NCBI GenBank assembly: GCA_016297845.1
Contig: JAEDFV010000001.1
Location: 80-64,079, forward strand
Direction: 5' to 3'
DNA length: 64,000 bases
From: Clostridia bacterium
GTDB taxonomy: Bacteria > Bacillota > Clostridia > Christensenellales > UBA1242
In this document: one piece after another, positions 33,773 through 42,700 of the stretch
Numbering within the stretch: the stretch's first letter is position 1
How the letters are laid out: every line of letters starts with the position of its first letter
Notes under the pieces: model-generated
What the model saw: only the letters and a program-made list of their open reading frames with translations
Database searches by the model: none
What the model was told of the DNA's origin: nothing
Program-made: the position numbers and the translations under genes

Positions 33773-36700
33773 TCATTGACCAACAATAACAAATTCAACA
33801 AAATCAAGTGAGTTTGTGGTTGTTCCTTTTTCTGCATCATATGAAACTTTTGTGAAACTTCCTTTTCCACCAACACGACTGTTTGTTATGCTTGCGCCAG
33901 TATAATTTTCTACAACAAGTCCACCAATTATAACGTTTGTTGTATCAAGTTTGTGTTTAGTTTTTGTTGAGTCAAAATAAATTTTTATTCCGCCGTTCTT
34001 TATATCTCCGCCTTCAATGTCGAGCGAAACAACTTCACAGTTATAAATAACACCACTGTTATAAACCGCAATTCCACCGAAATTTACAGACTTAAAGATT
34101 GTTTCATCAACAATTATATCTTCGAGCAACCCATAGGAAACAGTTAAGTTTTTGAGTGTTGCATCTTCAGAGACATTAACAAAAAGTCCAAGATTTAGAA
34201 TATCTGTCGATTGTGACAAATTAAAACTTTTTATTGTGATAACTTTGTTATTTCCGTCAAGACTAGCAAAATTTGTCTTTTCAAAAGGAACAAAATTTTC
34301 CAACACAATGTCGTTCATCAAAATGTAATTTGTTGAAGCATATTGTTCTGATTCGCTTTGGAGATAAGTAACAAATTGTTCAGCAGTTTCAATTGGAGTT
34401 GGCTTGTCTTCATCTGAATACAATTGGACATTAATTGAGAAATTGTATGTTATGAAATTGTCTTGTTTTGTGTTTGGAAGTCTGTAGCCAATTCTAATTG
34501 TCATGTTAACGCTTCCAACAGATGTCCCAACAATTGTTAGTGTCGTCGCGTTTTCATTGTCATAGCGAATTGTGAAATATTTATTTGCTTGAGGTTCACC
34601 TGATTTTGAAATATAAGGTGTCATATCACTTGTATAATATAAATTATAAACTATATTTTTAGCATCAGATGTAAAGCCACCGCTTTCTTGTGCTTTAAAT
34701 TCCCTATCTGTGTTTAAAATATATTCATAACCTTGACTGTTACTAAACTTGTAAGCAACAGTTTTCAAAAACTCTTCTTTAGCATTATTAATTCTATTAA
34801 TAGATGACTCTTGTGAAGCAGAAATCATTTCAGGAGTTTCTGAAAGCTTGAAATTGAATTTCAAGTCTTTTTCTATCGCGGAAGGGGTGTCAAAAACATT
34901 ATCTTGTTCATCATTCCCTTCAATCGTTATCCCCTCAACAAGGAAATCCACAACTCGAATTTCAATGCTGTCTGTCGTTGATTCAAGTCTTCCATTAATA
35001 ATTTTTTGGACAATTGTTTGAATTTTGAAATATCCGTCGTCTTCAATTTCTGCATCAAGACCAACTGTCAACGTTCCGCTATAAATTTTCTTTCCGTTAT
35101 CTATTTCATATTCACTTGTATTGAAATATATAGATGCATAATCATAGGAAGATTCGCTTTTATCAAATTCAGAAAGGCCGAATGATGCAAGAGTTTGGTT
35201 CTCACCAACTGTAAGTTTCAATTCTGCAGTTGTTCCACGAGCGACAACCGCATCTTTTTCACCATTAATTGTGATGCTTGCAGGCTCAATAACTTCAGAA
35301 ATCAATGTTATTGTTTCAACTTTCGACAAGTATTCATTTCCGTCTTCATCAATTGCAAATATTTGGATTGTTATTGGGAAATATAGCCCTTCTTTAACTG
35401 AGTCCAAAATCTTTGTTCTAACATAAATGCTACCTGTTGAGTTGTTTGTGTTCTTAATCGTTAAGATATTAACATCGCGTTCACTGCTATAACCTGTTGT
35501 GGTTGAAGTTGAAAGGAAATAGTCCCCGCTCTTATACATTTGTTCCATAAGAACATAGTTTCCGTTAACAACACTGCTTGTTAAGACAATTTTTGAATAT
35601 GTTGCGTACGCTGGGAACAAATTAATTGACAAAATTCCACTGTCACCAGGAACTAAAATTGAACTTGGTTGGTCTTGAATTTTAATTCCACTTTCAGTTG
35701 ATGCATCATCTCTGTTATGATGTGTATATGTGACTGTAATAATTTCTTGAGGTTTGACGACAAGGTTAAATGATTTTTCAACATCACCATTGCTATCTGT
35801 CAAAACAATTTTGTATGTCTTAGTTTCGTTTACTAATTGACGTTGATTTTCCGCTATTGAAATCAAAAGTTTTGCCGAGATTTTTCCGTCATGAGCTGTT
35901 CCGTTTTTGATTGAAGCATTGAATAAGTCAGAATTATTTTCAACTTTTGTTTCTCCAAAATCTTCTGAAATCCAAACAATTTTTTCGTTTTCATCTATAA
36001 TTTTCATTATAAGTCTATCACTTGTTCTGTTTGAAACAAGTTCTGCGTCAACGCTCAAAACTGTTGAAGGATCAATTTCTGCCTTGTCAACAGAAAGTAA
36101 AATTCTTTCCGCGCGAACAGCGACCTTGAAATTAAATCCAAAATTAAATGCATCTTCAGAAACTGCTTGGAATCTTGCAATAAATAATTCGATAAATACT
36201 TGTTTTCTTTCATTAATTTGCTCAGAAGTCAAAGTTTTGAATTCTTCTTGATTCCTGATAAGTTCCTTTTTCCATTCGTTTTCTGCAAGTGAGTTAATGT
36301 AAGTTTTTTGATAGTCTATGTTAAAGTTAAAATGATAATCTTCGTCAGTCAAAACTCCATTGTTTGTTGAAACCGTAATCGTTCCAAAGGCAAATTTATT
36401 TGTTTCACTTCCAGCTGTAAGCCCCAACACTTCAAAAAGATTTACACTTTCGCCAGTCTTATAGGCAGAAACAACGTTTTCTTCTTCGTCAATGTAAGTA
36501 ATATCAATTTGTACTGCCAATGGATTTGTTTTCAACATAAACAAATTATGATTGAGAGAAACCACATTCTTGTTTGCAACAGTAAAGTAAGAAGGTCTGT
36601 CTTTGATAATTGTGACATCTTCTTTTCCATCTAAATTCTCGTTGGAATTTATTCCTTCATAAATTGAAATTGCTCCAACGGAATTAGTAACAAAAATTTT

Positions 36701-39700
36701 AATTGTTTTAGTAATATCAGAATCTTGGCTTGCCAACGACCTGAACAAAGGTTTTATGGTTATAGTTACATATCCAGTTCCGACTAATTGAAGTCTTCCG
36801 TTTACAATCTTAATAATATTGATATCGCTTGAATGGATTGAGAAATCTGCAATTGAACCTTCATATATTCCGTTTACATCATATATTCTCAAGAAATCCA
36901 CAAGTTCAACTGAATTTAATTTGTCAAGTTGTGCTTGAGCTTTAGTGTCCATTGCAAGGTCACTATAAGTTTCGTTGTAGAACATAATGTAATAGTCATC
37001 AGCAATGTAGGTGCCTTTTATAATTTTAGATTTATCAAGTTTGCTTTCTGGGTTAACTTCTATTTTATAATTTTCTACCCAAGTAGAAACTTTTGTTCCA
37101 CGAAGATAAGGCAAAATTCCATCTTCAAAGACCCAAACTGAATCGCTTTCAATCTCGTTTCCGCCAGCATCGTATAGATTTTCAATGTCCCAACCAACGT
37201 CTTTAAACCCTTGACAAGTTGATGGAATACCACTTGTTGAATAAAATGACTCAACCCCACCAAGAACTGAAGGCACCATGAATGCGCTGTCATGATAAAT
37301 TGGGCCAAGTGTCCTTAACAGGTCTAAAATCCAAACCTCTTGTTCATAATCTGTTCCCTTGATTTTCAATGTTGTAATTCCGCTTAAAATATCATCGTCT
37401 TCCATGAATTTGCTAAATAATTTAAGCATTTGATATTGTGCATTATAAATGGAATCAACATAGCCAAAGAAATTTTCAATGTTGCTCAAAGTAACGGTTG
37501 AAATGCTAGAAATTCCTTGAGCAGTGTCAATATAGTTTCCTGCTAGTTCGAGTATTGATTCTGCTTCTGATTTCCCGCTTTCACCAAAGGCTGTTTCATA
37601 AAGTGCCAACCACAAATCTTTTGTGCCGTAATCATATCCTAGTCCAGTGTCACCCGTCAAAGTTCCATTAAATTGACCTTTCAAGGTAGCCACATCGCCT
37701 TTCAAATCTGCAAGAGAATTGTTTATTTGTGGAATAATTATATTCTCAACAACATTGGTTATTGCCGTCTTTAAATCAGCATCTGTTTCATATGCGCCAG
37801 TGAGTCCAAATAATGAGCAATAAAGGTCTTTTATCATATCCTTGGTCATCTCGCCAGTTAAAATCTTGAAATCATCGAAGTAAGGATTATAGTAACTAAA
37901 TTTTTCCCAAACGCTTTCTTTCATGAAGTCATCAAAGTTATTATATAAACCAATTAAATATAACTTATAATACAATAAATTTAAGTCATTGATAGCCACA
38001 TGGTTAAGTGAAGAATCAAGAACTTTAACTGAAGTGTCGTATCCAGAGTAATAAACTACATCTGCAAAATCTTTATACTTTATAGTTTCTTCATCATAGA
38101 AATATCCATTGTAAGTATCGTTTTGAGATTCTGAATTCAAATCAAGTGAACCCATGCTACTGAATCTTATATTAGGGATATAATTGCTGTCGGTTGTGTT
38201 TCCAAAAGAATAGAAGTTTAAGTTCAAAAAATCACTATCAACGTTGACATCAAAGCACAGATTTAATTTTGAAACATCAGTTGATGAAGTTCTTTTGAAA
38301 GAATAGGTTTCAGTTCTCAATGACTCTGTTGTTTCTTCGCCAGTCTCTTGATTTATCTTTCTATATTTAATAACAAATTCCAAAGTCAAAGTTCCGTCAT
38401 TTGAAACTGTTCTTGTATATTCAACTACTTTGTATACGTCGTAAGTATTTTCATTTTCGCCAACTGTCTCATATATTTGATTCCAATAATTAACAATCGT
38501 TCTTGTAAAATTTGATTCTTCCGCTAAATTAATTGTTACTCCGCCTTCTGGATATACTCGAACAACTCCTAAACTATCTTCATAAGAAATAGAGTTGATA
38601 TACACTTCATTTCCTCGAAGCATAAATCTTTCTATGTTAAGATAGTAACTTGAAGTATCTTCGCTAGAATGTTTTGTCAACGACGTCGATAAAGTAAATT
38701 CATCACTTTGTTTATTAGTTGCCCCTTCGTTGTATGTTCTGCTTAAAGTTGCAACTTTATTTGGTCCTGTTACAAAAAGTATGTTTTTGCAATATAGTTC
38801 GTTATTTATTATACTTTCTGTATGGTAAGAACTATTGAAATTTGTTGCCCAAAGTGCGGCAGTAATGTCGTTAACCCAAACGGACACAAGCCCACTGGTG
38901 TCCAAAATTACATATGCAAGAACTGTGGACGACAATTCATTTTTGACGGCGATAGGAAATACAAAGGAACCATTGCTGGTGTAGAAACATCCATTATCAA
39001 GTGCCTCGTTCGTGGCTGCGGAATTCGCGATGTTAGCTCTGTGCTGGGCATAAGTATCGGCAAGGTCTTGAGCGTAGTTCATAAATTCCGTTTTAGAACT
39101 AAACCCAAACAAGTTTGCTATGACTGTTTGGAAATCGATGAGTTCTGGACTTACGTCGGATCCAAAAGCCATCGTGTATGGATGATTTACGCCTATCACC
39201 GCACTTCTGGTGAGATCGTTGCTCTCGTTCTTGGTAAACGAAACAAGCGAACTGTTGTAAAGCTCTATCGCCTTATTATAAAATTGGGTGTAACTATTAA
39301 GAGCATTGCTACTGATGGTTGGGATGTATTCCGTACCGTTTGTAGGGATTTCAAAATTGTTCATAAATGTGGCAAACAATTCACTAAGGGTATTGAAGGC
39401 AACAATTGTAGACTCAGATGCCGTCTTAGATGTGTGTTTAGAAAGACCTGTAATTTCTCCAAAATCCCCAGCAATCACGCCAAACGGATTGCAATCGTCA
39501 TAACTTACCTTAACTTGGGTGTTATTGTATCCTAAAATTTGCCTTTCATACAATTCGGAACACCACCCTTTATTTTGTAAATTCAATGTTGCTGTTCCGT
39601 AGTTGTATAAATCTTTGTAAGATTTTTGGCCTGCATCAATAATTTCCATTCCTTCAACATTGAAACATGAGAAAGCGGCAAAAGCATCTAAAAGTCCTGT

Positions 39701-42700
39701 CTTTTTGTCAGTTCCAGCAATAAATGACGCCACAGGTGTTCCCGTTGCACTGCATGCACTAGGCAAAGAAGTAACATTAGATTTTATATAACAATTTTTT
39801 ATTTCAGAAAGTGAACCAGTGTATATAAACTGACCAGCACTATGTCCTAAATTAACATTTTGAACATCATAATGGACAAGAGAATAGCAATCCAAAACTA
39901 AATTGGTCGCTTCATTATAGTCACTTATTAAATTTCCAACAAGTCCGCCAGAATTTGATTCTTTGACTGGCAATGCCCCACTGAACATTGAACGTGAAAT
40001 TTGGGTGTTTGAAGAAATTCCAACCAATCCCCCAGAGTAAACTTCACGTTGAGTTGTGTTCAATCTATAGAAAATTTGATCAGTTGAAAGAGCATTCCAC
40101 TCAGCTGGAAATTTTCCGCTCGTGCTATCAAAATATAATTTTAATTCATCATCAGATATGCTTTCCCAAACAAAAGGCTTTGCGCCTGAGTATTCCGTTC
40201 CATTAACAATACTGTTGTAATATTCTTTAGGCGCACTTTCATTTATTTTTTCAACATAATGAACATAAACAATGCCTGTGTCGCTTGGCAAGAACTTTAT
40301 CAATTCTTTTTGTTGGTCAATGTCATAAATTGCTTCCACGACGCAACCATAGATGTTTCCGCTTTCAGAAACAGCGCAGATTCCGCCTGCGGAGAAATTG
40401 ATTTCATTTGAATATGAATAGGCAGAGTTATTCAAAATAAGAAGTGTCACATTTGCGTAGAAAGGAACAGTGTTGATATATTTACAATCTTTCAAATCTC
40501 CTTTGTTGCATGCCACAATTCCGCCAGCACTTTCAACGCCAACAACGCCGCCGATGAAAGTGTAGTTTATGATTTTTCCTTCGTTAACTCCGGCAATTCC
40601 TCCAATGTTTGCACCAGAAATACCTGTTGCCATGTAACCTTTTGTCAATGAATCGTCTGTCGCTTCAATTGTTCCCAAGTTGAGACCAACGAGTCCCCCT
40701 GTGTACTTAACAAGTTGACCTGCTTTGTATTCAATTCCGTAATACATTCCGTAGGCAGAGTTTGAGTTAATTACTCTTGATTCATCGTGTAATGCTAAAA
40801 ACCCAAAAAGTTCTGCAACCGACGCCTCAGAAGAAGACAGTGATGGATTGAAAACATTTTTATATTTGATGGTCGTCAATGAATCAGCATTACTATTTTT
40901 TGTTCCATAATGCTCTTGGAATGCTTTCATATATCCGAAAACATCCATTCCGTCGCCAGCATTTTCCAAAATTTCTTTGGTGTCGAGAGTTCCATTATAG
41001 TTGGAGCCAATGTTTCTTATCACACCTTTATTTATGTTTGCAAGACCGCCATAATATGTCACACCATTATAAGTTGAAACATATTCATCAAAGGTGTAGC
41101 CAAGTTCTGGAAGATAAGCAGTGTAATAGAACATATCTTCAACAACACCACTTTCAGCAATCATCTTAAACAAAGGTTTTATTGCGTAAATTCCATAAGG
41201 TGTGATTTCTGACTGATAACGTCCTGACAATTTGCCCATGAAATTTTCAACAGGTTCATAATCAACTGGCATGAAAATGTTGTTTCTTAAAACGAAAGTT
41301 GAAGCAGGAGAAGAGCCAAGAAGTTTTAAATCTTCCGACTCATAAATTTCAAAGGCAGAATCTGAACTCTTGCCATCGGCAACTTTGATTGGGATTCTGA
41401 CAATTGGCTCTTCGCCATTCCAACCATTTGTTGACTCATAGTAATTTGACGTTGGATAAATGACAAGAGTGCCATTTGCTCCAAATTGTGCCAATTTTTT
41501 CTTTTCATCTTTTGTTGTTAAATTTCTTTCCTCTTCAGACAAATTGAAATAATCTGAATAGTCATATGCCACACGAACAACTGTTAATTTGTCGCCAACC
41601 ATATATGCAAAGAATTGTTTGTCGCCATTTTCATCAATGTAATAATCTTTCTCTGACAAATAATCCCAGTTAAATTCAAATTCAAGAGATTTGTTTGTTA
41701 TTTCTTTTTCACTGTTTGCAAAAATATTATAGACAAGTTCAAGTTCATAAACATCGTCGATTAACGAACTTACATAATTGTTGTAAGCTTCTTCATCATT
41801 AACCTCAACTTCAACTCCCTCTTGTATAATTATTTTTTTGAAATCATCAGCGGATTTGAGTTGATTTTGAATGTAAATTGGGTCTTCTTCGCTTGCATTA
41901 ATTACTTCAATTTCACTTATTTCAACAGCAGTTGTAATAATAACCCTTGAAATTGCAGTAAATTTTTTGTCAGGATTGATTTCAGAAATCGACATTGCAA
42001 AAATAAAGTTTGCATCACAAGACTTTAAAGCCTGAATTGTAAATGTATACACATTACCTTCAAGTTTTCTTGTAACTTTAAGGGTAGCAGCTGATAAGTT
42101 ATATGTTACAACACCGTCGGCATTAAGATATAGCAAATCGTTAACAAATAGGTTTGAAATATTAACTGTTGAACCATTTACAAATATTTCCAAATTTTTT
42201 AGATAAGTTGGTATCAATCCTACATTTACGGGATTTACAGTCACACTGAATGAACCTATGGATTTACTTATGTTATTTGAATCTAAGAATTTGTCACCTA
42301 TTGAATCGTAACTATAAACATCAATAGTTCCATTCTTTATCGAAACACCTTTTATTGGGACAAAGAAATTTACCAAATAGAACAAACTTCCTGCTGGATC
42401 CTCAGTGTATGTTCCATCAGACTTCATTGCCTTAATATCAATTCTGATAAGGACATTTCCCTCAACTCCTGAGTTAATCGCCTCGAGAAGTGTTGAATTT
42501 ACCAAACGAGAGGTGTTAATTATTGAACTCGAAGATGACCATTCAAGATTAGCAACATCTATATCACTAATACTGATTGTTTTAAGAGTCTTTCCGTCAG
42601 GAATTGTAAAATCGAAAAATTTATATTCAAGGTAATATTGTGCATTTGAAGGAACAGCTTTTTTGATAAGTTGAACACCACTTCCACCAGAATTTGCTAT

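Noticed and set aside
33773-33775. TGA read as tryptophan or another sense codon (alternative genetic code)
   Set aside because: miaA in this window ends in TGA at 1356-1358 overlapping the next gene, and core genes such as rpoB, rpoC, mutS and gyrA are full-length under the standard code, so genome-wide recoding is not supported; only local readthrough remains possible.
38745-38758. Perfect 14-bp palindrome AAAGTTGCAACTTT overlapping the left target duplication
   Set aside because: Could reflect IS target preference, but one site in AT-rich sequence is not enough to claim it; recorded only as a note.
38822-39535. Programmed frameshift as in classical insA/insB
   Set aside because: The zinc ribbon and DDE portions are in one continuous ORF, so no frameshift is needed.
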